This document shows, piece after piece, positions 8,701 to 16,541 of a stretch of DNA of 34,037 bases. Each line of letters starts with the position of its first letter. Position 1 is the stretch's first letter. The notes beneath the pieces are model-generated. The model had not been told where the DNA came from. It was given only the letters and a program-made list of their open reading frames with translations, and did no database searches. The translations under genes and the position numbers were made by a program. The DNA lies in NCBI GenBank assembly GCA_045656205.1, contig JAZOQS010000064.1, positions 1-34,037 on the forward strand, read 5' to 3'. This stretch comes from Clostridia bacterium (GTDB taxonomy: Bacteria; Bacillota; Clostridia; RUG12999).

Positions 8701-9306
8701 ATAATTTGCACACTTTCTCGCAAGCCAGTATGCGGTTTCGTCCTCTTCGAGCTTTTTAATCCAAAGCCCCTTATCGGATATAATGCCTCTTTCAGAAAGC
8801 TCACGCACAATATCATTAACTACCGTAAGTTCCATATAGCCTTCCACTTTCTTCAAAAACCGTTCCCAGCCCAGATCAAGTGTTCTGTGCGGACAGTATT
8901 TGCCCGAAAAATCCTGATGTTTTTTCACACGGTCGGTTGTCCAGCCACGTTCCGTCAGAAGCTGTGCCGTAAGTTTTGCCGCATTTTCTTCGGCTTTCAA
9001 AAACTTCTCTCCGCCCGATTTGGAATAGCAGATTTCTATTGCTATTCCCTTGCGGTTTCCTCTTCCATTCACCCCGTCTCCTGCGTGCCAGGCGTTGCGT
9101 TCAAGCGGAATTGCCTGCCGAACTTCAATATCATCTGCCGCAAAATGAAAGCTTGTTGACAAACCGTTATTTTTCATATATGAAACTTCCGCTTTTGCAG
9201 ATGCGTCATTTGATGTGTTATGTATCACAACAAATTCCGCTTCCATAGCATAAGGACATTTTATGCCATATTTTTCCGGTGATACAAAATCAATAACTTT
9301 TTTCAT
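8683..9306 (-). CDS. N-acetylmuramoyl-L-alanine amidase endolysin (Amidase_2/PGRP fold with a short CwlA-type C-terminal domain)
   Basis: Contains HNTSNDA...SFHFAADD...NAWHAGDG...GIAIEICY...HQDFSGKYCPH, the zinc-amidase motifs of Amidase_2. The last 55 aa or so (ERGIISDKGLWIKKLEED..YWLARKCANYI) resemble the Amidase02_C tail. It lies directly after the holin. Confidence 0.88.
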   Translation of the reverse strand: MKKVIDFVSPEKYGIKCPYAMEAEFVVIHNTSNDASAKAEVSYMKNNGLSTSFHFAADDIEVRQAIPLERNAWHAGDGVNGRGNRKGIAIEICYSKSGGEKFLKAEENAAKLTAQLLTERGWTTDRVKKHQDFSGKYCPHRTLDLGWERFLKKVEGYMELTVVNDIVRELSERGIISDKGLWIKKLEEDETAYWLARKCANYIRGVR

Positions 9307-9721
9307 TTATTTCATTTTCCTTTTTCCTTAAAACTTCAATTGCGCGGGTGATAACAGCAGGAACAGGTATGCCCATAAGCCCGGCATTTTCAATGATACT
9401 TATCAGTTCGTTTACTATGTAGGCAATTATAACCGCATCCCGTACAAGGCTCGTCCCCATAATTAAATCAAGTCTGCAGGCAATCAGAACAATCAGTATC
9501 GTCACACCTTTCCTGCAAATTCCTTTCCAGCCTGCCTTGGATTCCAGTGCCCCCGTTTTGGTTTTAGGGCTTTTATGAAACACCCCGGCTACAATGAGTC
9601 CTGTCACATAATCAATTCCCATAAAGACAATCAATGTTGTAAGAGAAGAATCCCATCCGCCGAAAAAAGATGCCAAAAGCCCACCGGCAGCACCGATAAA
9701 TGTTAAAATACTTACTTTCAT
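9290..9721 (-). CDS. Holin, phage_holin_4 / toxin-secretion holin family (TcdE-like)
   Basis: 143 aa with 3-4 hydrophobic helices and a charged C-terminal tail (RKKENEINEKSY). The central block GIDYVTGLIVAG...KGICRK is typical of this holin family. It overlaps the endolysin start by 17 nt. Confidence 0.8.
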   Translation of the reverse strand: MKVSILTFIGAAGGLLASFFGGWDSSLTTLIVFMGIDYVTGLIVAGVFHKSPKTKTGALESKAGWKGICRKGVTILIVLIACRLDLIMGTSLVRDAVIIAYIVNELISIIENAGLMGIPVPAVITRAIEVLRKKENEINEKSY

Positions 9722-9819
9722 TTTATATTTCTCCCAGTGTTTTTTTTACATCCTCTCTGTACTTTTCGGGGATTTGTTCAAGTTTTATTTTTTCCATCCT
9801 TATTTGTAACACAAGAAAT

Positions 9820-9975
9820 TTAATCACCCAAAAGCACCCCCTCTAAAAGCACCGCCTCGATTGCTTCAAGCCTTTCGAGCATTGTCGGCTCTACTACAAC
9901 AGTGTCTGTTGCTTTAAGCTCTTCCATTTCCTCTGCGGTCAGCTCTATGTATTCACCATTTACATACTTTTTCAT
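9820..9975 (-). CDS. Small 51-aa phage protein of unknown function (not in the ORF track)
   Basis: My translation is MKKYVNGEYIELTAEEMEELKATDTVVVEPTMLERLEAIEAVLLEGVLLGD. The ATG at 9975 overlaps the TGA of the upstream gene (ATGA). GGGGGA lies 8 nt upstream. Confidence 0.5.
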   Translation of the reverse strand: MKKYVNGEYIELTAEEMEELKATDTVVVEPTMLERLEAIEAVLLEGVLLGD

Positions 9976-10757
9976 TTTCTTATCCCCCATATTTCATAGG
10001 TTGTGCCTGCCGGCAGATATCTTACACTTCCGTCAGTAATACCGCCATTTGTCATAAATATAAATTTAAGTCTGTCAATATAATCTCTTACCATTGGCAC
10101 GCTTGGAGCAACCGTGCCACTATAAGTTTCTGCTTTTTGCATTTTAGCATAACCACCTTTACCATACTCCGCTTTATCGTGCCATAATTCAGTTCTGCAA
10201 TAAGTACCAATTACTTGAATATGAATTGTTGTATACCACTCGTCGGTATAATCTGTTATAAATTGATTTCCCATATTATAAATTTCTTTATTTAAATTAC
10301 TACCGCTATCGTTAAGAGTTTGCACTCTAAAACGTGCTTTCTCTGTACTTGCAGAGCCAGTAGCAGCTTCTTCGCTAGGTGGAATTACAAACCTTATATA
10401 AAGCTCTTTGTATTGATTAGGAAAATTCAACTGAATTGTGCTGGCTTTTTCTGTAAGTGTGTCAGCCTTAACAATTTCAAAATCCCCACATTCATTCATC
10501 GCATGGTAAACCGCTTTTGCAGAGGGGTATTGCTCATGAGTGTTTTTGTCCGATATAGCCGTTACTCTGTTTGAAACATCCTCTTTATTTTTCACTTTTT
10601 CAATAAGCTCCAGTTGTTCTTCCGTAAGCTTTTTCTGAAATCCTCTGTGTCCGCTTTCTTCAAACCCAAGATGTTTCAGATGACTGTGACTTGTTCTTTC
10701 ACCCAACTCCAACTGAAAATTTTTCTGTCCTCGCGCAGATAATTTTATTTCTGCCAT
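9972..10757 (-). CDS. Phage tail fibre / receptor-binding candidate (hypothetical)
   Basis: 261 aa, the last large ORF before the lysis cassette. The N-terminus has a His-rich stretch (SHSHLKHLGFEESGHRGF) and the C-terminal half looks beta-rich. The start was trimmed to ATG 10757, 1 nt after the upstream TAA; the track uses GTG 10766. The function is assigned by position only. Confidence 0.4.
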   Translation of the reverse strand: MAEIKLSARGQKNFQLELGERTSHSHLKHLGFEESGHRGFQKKLTEEQLELIEKVKNKEDVSNRVTAISDKNTHEQYPSAKAVYHAMNECGDFEIVKADTLTEKASTIQLNFPNQYKELYIRFVIPPSEEAATGSASTEKARFRVQTLNDSGSNLNKEIYNMGNQFITDYTDEWYTTIHIQVIGTYCRTELWHDKAEYGKGGYAKMQKAETYSGTVAPSVPMVRDYIDRLKFIFMTNGGITDGSVRYLPAGTTYEIWGIRK

Positions 10758-10758
10758 G

Positions 10759-11073
10759 TTATACACCCCATTTCACCATAAGTTCACCGCTTTTACGGGT
10801 TGATATGATGCCGCCCGGATCAATAACTGTAATCTTGTATATGTAATTCCCTATCGGAAGTTTTTTTATCTCTTCCTCCGAAAGTGTGATTTCAGAGCCG
10901 TCGGAACTTAAATCAAATCTCTTTTCTATAAGAGATTCGGCCTGTTCATTTTGCGCCACCTGAAATTCAAGAGTTGTTCCCGGTTCAAATCCATCTGCAG
11001 TTGTAATATCAATGCTGAAAGTATCTCCTGCCGTATAGGTAATATTTTCTCCGCCACAATAAATTTTTATCAT
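10759..11073 (-). CDS. Small phage tail-associated protein, probably Ig-like/beta-sandwich (hypothetical)
   Basis: 104-aa ORF with GGAGGG 5 nt upstream. It is embedded in the tail-tip gene block. I recognise no family motif. Confidence 0.35.
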   Translation of the reverse strand: MIKIYCGGENITYTAGDTFSIDITTADGFEPGTTLEFQVAQNEQAESLIEKRFDLSSDGSEITLSEEEIKKLPIGNYIYKITVIDPGGIISTRKSGELMVKWGV

Positions 11074-11082
11074 ATTACCCTC

Positions 11083-11841
11083 CTATCTCATGCACACACC
11101 GTCAATGGTAATACTATATGTGTTTGTGCTTACGCTTCCGGAAATTGACATATGTCTGAGTATCAGCTTGTTTCCGCTTACTTCAAATTGTGTTTCTCTG
11201 GTTTTCCCGAAAGCCGGAACAGTTAATGTTTTCCCCGAATAGAAGACACCGTTTGCAAAACACCATGAAATATGTCCGTCTTCCCTTGGAAAAAGCCGCA
11301 CCTTTATAAATGTTTCCGTAGCAAATGTATAATCAAATTCTATATAACTGCAATTGCTTTTCGGAAGCTCGATTTCGCCTATTATTTCACCTGCCGGCAA
11401 ATTATCACGCATTAATAAAGTTCCCGAAAAACTTGCAGCATACCTTTCCGTATCGGCAGTCTTAAGCTGTGCAAACTCTCTTTTGTCCGACACATCCCCG
11501 TTTTCATCAATCTCTGCCAGAAGAACATAATCTCCCGTCGGGAAAAGGGTATCCGCTTTCACTTCACAAACGCCCGCAAGTGTGTTGTTGTAAAAATAAA
11601 TATAATTTTTTGTTCCTGACGTTACATCAACCGTAGTGCCTTCATCATCAACCTCAATCCTGCATCCGTCTTTAAACACAGCCTGTCCCTTGCAAATTTT
11701 AAATACACCGTCTGCCACTGTCACCATGCAGCTTGACTGTGATTCCTCAATAACCCCTTTAGTCAGAATGCTCGCCCGGATTGCATTGATATCATCCGCT
11801 CCGTAAACCACATTATCCTTAAAATCATAACTGTACGCCAT
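11083..11841 (-). CDS. Phage tail-tip / fibre protein (hypothetical)
   Basis: 252-aa ORF with GAGGTG upstream, immediately after the hub-like gene. The function is assigned by position only. Confidence 0.35.
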   Translation of the reverse strand: MAYSYDFKDNVVYGADDINAIRASILTKGVIEESQSSCMVTVADGVFKICKGQAVFKDGCRIEVDDEGTTVDVTSGTKNYIYFYNNTLAGVCEVKADTLFPTGDYVLLAEIDENGDVSDKREFAQLKTADTERYAASFSGTLLMRDNLPAGEIIGEIELPKSNCSYIEFDYTFATETFIKVRLFPREDGHISWCFANGVFYSGKTLTVPAFGKTRETQFEVSGNKLILRHMSISGSVSTNTYSITIDGVCMR

Positions 11842-11853
11842 TTATCTCACCTC

Positions 11854-12840
11854 TTAAATATTTTTTAAAATAACCTGACTTGTTTTAATCCCGTCTTCCC
11901 AACCAAGACTTATTCCGGAAATCTGTTTTCTTTCCGTTCTTGCTATTTTCCCGTTGACATACTGCACACGCACAATATCCCCCGGCATAAAGTCCTTGCC
12001 TGCTTCAAGTCCCCAAACATCTGTGACAATTTCAGACTTTATATTTTTACCTTTTATAAAACTTTCCGCTTCACTCTCAACCGTTGCATATGATACACAT
12101 TCCGAGCTGAAGATTCCTTTCTTTTCATCCCTTACATATCTGGTCCATACGGGATCTGGAAATTCACCATCTTTAAAATCCTGCTCCTGTTCATACCAGC
12201 AGGAAGAATAATAGTCATCAATGCAATAGGTATATTCTGTATTAAATGCGTTTTTGTTCGCCTCGGACAAAATAAGGTTTGTATGCCTTGGCGAAAAAAC
12301 TTTAAAGACCCACTGTTTTTTAATTCTGTCAAAAAACAGGCTGTGTCCGGCATTTTTTCTTAAAAGCAGGTCGGAAACCACTTCTGATAACGGATTATAT
12401 GTATTCCTCCAGAAAGTGTCCATATCTTCAAGACCTGCTTTTTCACCAAGCACAAAGTTTTCCTGCTCCGAAAAAGCATTGCTCACGATATATCTTGCAA
12501 CCTCTTCCGGATTGCATTTTACCGGCAAATCGCTTGTGATAAATTTGGGAACCACCTTTCTGGACAAAAGCCAGTTGCATGTTTTTCCGTAAATGGCAAC
12601 ATCCTCGCCAAGCCTTATTCCCGTTACAATCCCCTGCAAATCCCCCTGAACAATGACCGGGATTTTATCATTTTCCCAGTCCATATTGTCAAGTATTATT
12701 TCCGCCGTAGCCCTATCTGCAAGGGTGTGGATTTCAAATGTCCCCACCGAGTTGAAATATACCGTCCAGTTGGAAGAAATCACATTATTATCAATATGTA
12801 AAAGCTCGAAATCGGTATTGTATATCCTGATATCCTCCAT
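11854..12840 (-). CDS. Tail hub / Tal-like protein (Siphovirus Gp37-like / minor structural protein N-terminal type)
   Basis: 328 aa. The N-terminus (MEDIRIYNTDFELLHIDNNVISSNWTVYFNSVGTFEIHT) follows the pattern I associate with Gp37-like/Tal N-domains. The ATG overlaps the Dit stop (TGATG at 12838-12842). It lies directly after Dit. Confidence 0.55.
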   Translation of the reverse strand: MEDIRIYNTDFELLHIDNNVISSNWTVYFNSVGTFEIHTLADRATAEIILDNMDWENDKIPVIVQGDLQGIVTGIRLGEDVAIYGKTCNWLLSRKVVPKFITSDLPVKCNPEEVARYIVSNAFSEQENFVLGEKAGLEDMDTFWRNTYNPLSEVVSDLLLRKNAGHSLFFDRIKKQWVFKVFSPRHTNLILSEANKNAFNTEYTYCIDDYYSSCWYEQEQDFKDGEFPDPVWTRYVRDEKKGIFSSECVSYATVESEAESFIKGKNIKSEIVTDVWGLEAGKDFMPGDIVRVQYVNGKIARTERKQISGISLGWEDGIKTSQVILKNI

Positions 12841-13685
12841 CAGTATATCCCCTCCCGGTAGTTACTGTAATAAGTGCAGATAATACTTATATTTTCACCC
12901 TCATTTGTGTGAGATGCACAAATGTGATTTTTCCCCGGAGCAAGCCAGAATTTGTTCAAAAAAGTGTCATCGGATATAAATTGAATGATATTTCCCCGTT
13001 TTGAACTTGTCACCCTTCGTTCCGATATATCTATGGTAATAATTTCGTCTTTAACCGTATCAGTCTCAAGTTTCAGACTTTGCCCGGTAGTATTGTTGAG
13101 AATCACAATTTCTCCTGCCGCATTGCCACCATCACCGCAGTTGTAAATTTTTATTACCGGTTCAACATTTATTTCGCCCATATTTTCAACAAATGCCTGT
13201 GTGGTTTTCTCTGTAAACACACACGGAAAAATTATATTTCCCTCCAGCAGGTCTTTTCTTTCAAACGCGGATATTTCGGTCGGCTCGGTATCGGTAAAAT
13301 ATACTCCGTCGGCTGTAAGGGTTAATATAAAATTCATAAACCCTCTGTTTCTTGAGCCTTCTTCAAAATCCACCTGACTGCAATATATCATTCTCTTTTT
13401 ATTATCAAAATCCAGAACAAGTTTTCCCGGATCATGAAGAATTTTCATCATATTCTCTGCCCGTCCTTTGCCCTCCAGACTGATGTCACCGCTTATGATA
13501 ATTGTTCTTGACTGAGTAACTGCCGACAACGTTTTTTGTCCGTCACGCCCGGCAAAAGTAACCGTGTTATATTTTTTCTGCGGATTTCCCAGACCGGAAA
13601 GGGCAGTAACCCTCACCGGCCCGGCACCGCTCAAAGACATTTCAACACTGCCCTGTGCATTTTCAAAAAAAAGTTTTTTATTCAA
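12840..13685 (-). CDS. Distal tail protein (Dit, phage tail family)
   Basis: 281-aa ORF directly downstream of the tape measure. It starts at TTG 13685 with AAAGGGGG 7 nt upstream. Size and synteny fit siphovirus Dit. Confidence 0.6.
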   Translation of the reverse strand: MNKKLFFENAQGSVEMSLSGAGPVRVTALSGLGNPQKKYNTVTFAGRDGQKTLSAVTQSRTIIISGDISLEGKGRAENMMKILHDPGKLVLDFDNKKRMIYCSQVDFEEGSRNRGFMNFILTLTADGVYFTDTEPTEISAFERKDLLEGNIIFPCVFTEKTTQAFVENMGEINVEPVIKIYNCGDGGNAAGEIVILNNTTGQSLKLETDTVKDEIITIDISERRVTSSKRGNIIQFISDDTFLNKFWLAPGKNHICASHTNEGENISIICTYYSNYREGIY

Positions 13686-13708
13686 ACAAGTGCCCCCTTT
13701 CTGATGAT

Positions 13709-14380
13709 TTAAGGTCTTCTCATGGCGCTTATCGCCTGAACTTTTCTCGCTTCGCTGAGCTGTTCGCTTACCGTCTGCTTACTGCTGTAAAAATTATAGC
13801 TCGGGTTCGAATAAGTAATGCTTGAAGAACTTGAGAATGCATTCCCCGATGATATGGCAGAATTAATTTTTTCCGCAGATGAAATCACCATTTTCCTTAC
13901 TTCTTCCATACAGGAATTTATGCTGTTTCTAAATCCGTCTCCAAAGGTTGCTCCGCCTGTTTTTCCATAAGCAAAAAATTCGTCTTTAAGCCCGTCAAAT
14001 TCTGCTCTTATGGCATCCTCAATGCCAAAATAAATCTGCCCGGCGTTATGTGTAAGTGCATCTCCGACGCTGAAAATATCACGGATAATTTCATCTTTAT
14101 AATTCATCAGATTGCCAAGACTTGTATTTAAAAATTTTTCCTCCGCCTTTGCGACCGCGTCATAATAGCTTTGATAATTTTCCTCGGGCAGCATACTGCC
14201 GGAAGCCCCCTGCCACGCCGCAGTATTATCCAGTACAGCAATTTTTGAAGCAATTGACGTAACCGTCGAAATAATCTGTTTTGCAACAGAAGTAATTGAG
14301 TTGTATCCTGATTTTGCAAGTCTTGAAATTTTTGTAAGATTTGCTTTGAATCTTTTCATAGAAATGGTGTTTTTAGCCAT
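13709..14380 (-). CDS. Tape measure protein, unusually short (223 aa)
   Basis: It occupies the slot between the Gp15-like chaperone and Dit. By eye it is helical and Ala/Ser/Ile-rich, with a Ser-rich tract near the C-terminus. GGGGGTG lies upstream. The call rests mainly on synteny. Confidence 0.5.
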   Translation of the reverse strand: MAKNTISMKRFKANLTKISRLAKSGYNSITSVAKQIISTVTSIASKIAVLDNTAAWQGASGSMLPEENYQSYYDAVAKAEEKFLNTSLGNLMNYKDEIIRDIFSVGDALTHNAGQIYFGIEDAIRAEFDGLKDEFFAYGKTGGATFGDGFRNSINSCMEEVRKMVISSAEKINSAISSGNAFSSSSSITYSNPSYNFYSSKQTVSEQLSEARKVQAISAMRRP

Positions 14381-14394
14381 AAATTACACCCCCT

Positions 14395-14961
14395 TTAAAA
14401 AAGCTGACCGACTGTCTGCGCAAATTCACGTTCCTTTTCTTCACGGCTTCTCTGGTCCGGAAGCTGCCATATTTTTTTAAGTTCATGGCATCTGTTTTTA
14501 ACTTCTCTGTCCTTTATTTCAGACAAGTCAATACTTCTTATCTGCATAACCTCCGCAAGCTTACTGTCAGCATTAAGCCCTTTAAAAAGAGCTTTGAATT
14601 TATACCAGTGCATATCCTCAACCGATAAATCAATGCCATACTGACTCATAAACGCCGAAAAAATAAGGTCTGCATCATACAAAAAGCTGTAAACCGGTTT
14701 TTCTGCTAAACCGCCTTCTACTGTTTTTTTATCATTCCCACGGTAAAATTCCCGGCACGCTTTTATTGCTTTTTCCATACTGGACGGCATCTTTTTAAGG
14801 CAAACAGGCAGAATAACTGCCGGCTTGTCCTCATCTTTTATTCTGCCATCAGTTAAAACAGTTTCGAAAATTATCCATCTTTTAAAATCTGTATTAATCA
14901 GACATTCTTCTCCGTCAACAGTTACCCTGTCGGGCAGACGGTCGGTCAGTATACTAAACAT
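14395..14961 (-). CDS. Tail assembly chaperone, bacteriophage Gp15-like
   Basis: 188 aa starting MFSILTDRLPDRVTVDGEECLINTDFKRWIIFE, the motif style of Phage_Gp15 proteins. The ATG at 14961 overlaps the end of the major tail gene by 8 nt. The track ORF extends to 15135 in an overlapping frame. Confidence 0.6.
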   Translation of the reverse strand: MFSILTDRLPDRVTVDGEECLINTDFKRWIIFETVLTDGRIKDEDKPAVILPVCLKKMPSSMEKAIKACREFYRGNDKKTVEGGLAEKPVYSFLYDADLIFSAFMSQYGIDLSVEDMHWYKFKALFKGLNADSKLAEVMQIRSIDLSEIKDREVKNRCHELKKIWQLPDQRSREEKEREFAQTVGQLF

Positions 14962-15442
14962 TTTCGGTAAATACGCAGGTCTGCCAGCCGTCCTGGGTTG
15001 AAACGGTGCCAAACACCTTTTCACCTGCAGCATTAAGCGTCCCCGAATAGGTATATGTATATCCCGAATCCCCCTCTTTGTCGGGAATAAGCGTAAAATC
15101 ACGTCTGACCGCACTGCACACACCATTTTCTTCACTGCTTAAATCAACCATCACAATGCTTCTCAGCGCCCCGTCGCCTACTTTTTCGCTGTTGAAAATG
15201 TCGGCAATATCGGCGTGAACCGCGTTATCTTTGAATAAATCAAAAGAAAAAACAAGAGAGGTTGTATAACCAACCACGTCATTTCTTTCAAAATCCTCGT
15301 CAACATACTGACGTTTATGTTCAATTGGATTTTTGTTTACCGATATCTCGGTAAATCCTGTCATTCTCGCAAAAATGACTTTGCCGTCAGCTGAAATTCC
15401 GTAAAACGGAATTTTTTCGCTTCTTTTAACAATGTTACTCAT
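14954..15442 (-). CDS. Major tail (tube) protein
   Basis: 162-aa ORF between the completion proteins and the chaperone. It has an ATGA overlap with the upstream gene (15439-15442). Size and position are typical of A118/SPP1-type tube proteins. Confidence 0.6.
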   Translation of the reverse strand: MSNIVKRSEKIPFYGISADGKVIFARMTGFTEISVNKNPIEHKRQYVDEDFERNDVVGYTTSLVFSFDLFKDNAVHADIADIFNSEKVGDGALRSIVMVDLSSEENGVCSAVRRDFTLIPDKEGDSGYTYTYSGTLNAAGEKVFGTVSTQDGWQTCVFTENV

Positions 15443-15828
15443 ATCCTTACTCCTTTCTCGTAATAAACAAGAGTGAACTTCATATCATAAATACCCGCAC
15501 CCACTTCCGTTTTGATAAGTGCAGGTCCTTCCGTAATGTCAATATACTGGGCAATTTTATCTCCACCCAGACAGGGCAGATTTCCTTTGGCGACCCACTC
15601 GGAGAATTCCCTGAAGATGCTGCCCGCCTGCCCTGTGAAATTTTCGCGCACCAGTAGCTTGAAATTATACTGCCCGAGCATATCTCCGGAAGTATATCTT
15701 TTTACAATCTGTTTGCCGCCGTCCGGCACTATCGCGGCACTACCCGACACGGGCGAAAGAAAATCTTCCCGCAGAGCGATGCCCGAAAATGCAGGACATT
15801 TCTTTAAAAAATCCACCATTTCTTTCAT
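15439..15828 (-). CDS. Tail completion / head-tail joining protein (minor capsid protein-type)
   Basis: 129-aa ORF, third of three small genes between the capsid and tube genes. GAGGGA lies upstream. Confidence 0.45.
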   Translation of the reverse strand: MKEMVDFLKKCPAFSGIALREDFLSPVSGSAAIVPDGGKQIVKRYTSGDMLGQYNFKLLVRENFTGQAGSIFREFSEWVAKGNLPCLGGDKIAQYIDITEGPALIKTEVGAGIYDMKFTLVYYEKGVRI

Positions 15829-15829
15829 A

Positions 15830-16147
15830 CTATCCCTCGCATATAAGCTTTATGTGACGCACATAACTTGTGCCTCTGCTGTTATCTCTGACACCGGTTA
15901 CGGTAAGTGCATCAGGCGGACAATCCCCAAAATGACGTCCTATCGCAACCTTGTCCCCACAGTAAACATCCTGCGGATTTTTCACACTTACCCTGATGAT
16001 GCTCTGCCCGGAATATTTTACTCCGCGAAAGCCCTCATTAATGGCTCTGCAGTAGTGAATCATTGCGTTTTTCAGAATAAAACTTTCCCATTTTCCGCTA
16101 TCGCCGTCAAATCTGAATATTGTTATTTCCTGTTTTCCTCTCAGCAT
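15830..16147 (-). CDS. Head closure / stopper-like head-tail joining protein
   Basis: 105 aa starting from ATG 16147 (MLRGKQEITIF), 1 nt after the upstream TGA. The track ORF starts at 16189, inside the previous gene. Confidence 0.4.
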   Translation of the reverse strand: MLRGKQEITIFRFDGDSGKWESFILKNAMIHYCRAINEGFRGVKYSGQSIIRVSVKNPQDVYCGDKVAIGRHFGDCPPDALTVTGVRDNSRGTSYVRHIKLICEG

Positions 16148-16148
16148 A

Positions 16149-16487
16149 TCATTCACCTGCCCCGGCATACATAAGTCCGCTGTCAGCAAGATAAACCGCT
16201 ACCGCGTCATATATGTTTTTTGACACATCTGCCCCCGAGTAGCTTACACTGTATCCGTCCGCATTTTCACTTGAAATTCCGAGTCTGCAATTATCAAGCC
16301 ACAAAAGCTCCGCCACGTTGCAAACCGCAAGTTTTACGCTTTCTGTTCTGTCACCCGGATTTCTGCCGAAAATGAGTCCGTCCACATAGCTTTGCGCTTT
16401 TCTTATGTACTTTTTAAACTCAGAGGCCGGAATCAGTGTTCCCCTGTACTCATTGCTGTAATAATCATAATCTATTGTAATTGTCAT
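16149..16487 (-). CDS. Head-tail connector (gp6/gp15-like adaptor)
   Basis: 112-aa ORF, first after the capsid gene, with GGGGTG upstream. Size and position fit adaptor proteins. Confidence 0.5.
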   Translation of the reverse strand: MTITIDYDYYSNEYRGTLIPASEFKKYIRKAQSYVDGLIFGRNPGDRTESVKLAVCNVAELLWLDNCRLGISSENADGYSVSYSGADVSKNIYDAVAVYLADSGLMYAGAGE

Positions 16488-16504
16488 ATTTTCACCCCTT
16501 TATG

Positions 16505-16532
16505 GCAGATGCCGCAAAAATGCGGCACCTGC
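16505..16532 (-). promoter_or_regulatory. GC-rich stem-loop immediately after the capsid gene
   Basis: The minus-strand RNA reads GCAGGUGCCGCA-UUUU-UGCGGCAUCUGC, a 12-bp stem with one G-U pair. It is preceded rather than followed by a U-run. It lies between the capsid stop (16542) and the next start (16487). Confidence 0.55.
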
Positions 16533-16541
16533 AAAAAAAGA

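Noticed and set aside
9723-9797. A 24-codon micro-ORF (MEKIKLEQIPEKYREDVKKTLGEI) lies between the 51-aa ORF and the holin.
   Set aside because: The only SD-like sequence (AAGG) abuts the ATG with no spacing. The stretch is more simply explained as the holin 5' leader carrying the holin's own GGGAG site.
15512-16174. Long antisense or overlapping ORFs appear in the track. Examples are 15512-16174 (+), 18783-19454 (+), 20613-21239 (-), 26586-27215 (-), 1832-2356 (+), 23974-24396 (-) and 27896-28330 (-).
   Set aside because: All lie opposite or out of frame within genes that have unmistakable family motifs. They lack SD sites and have a skewed, low-complexity composition typical of shadow ORFs.
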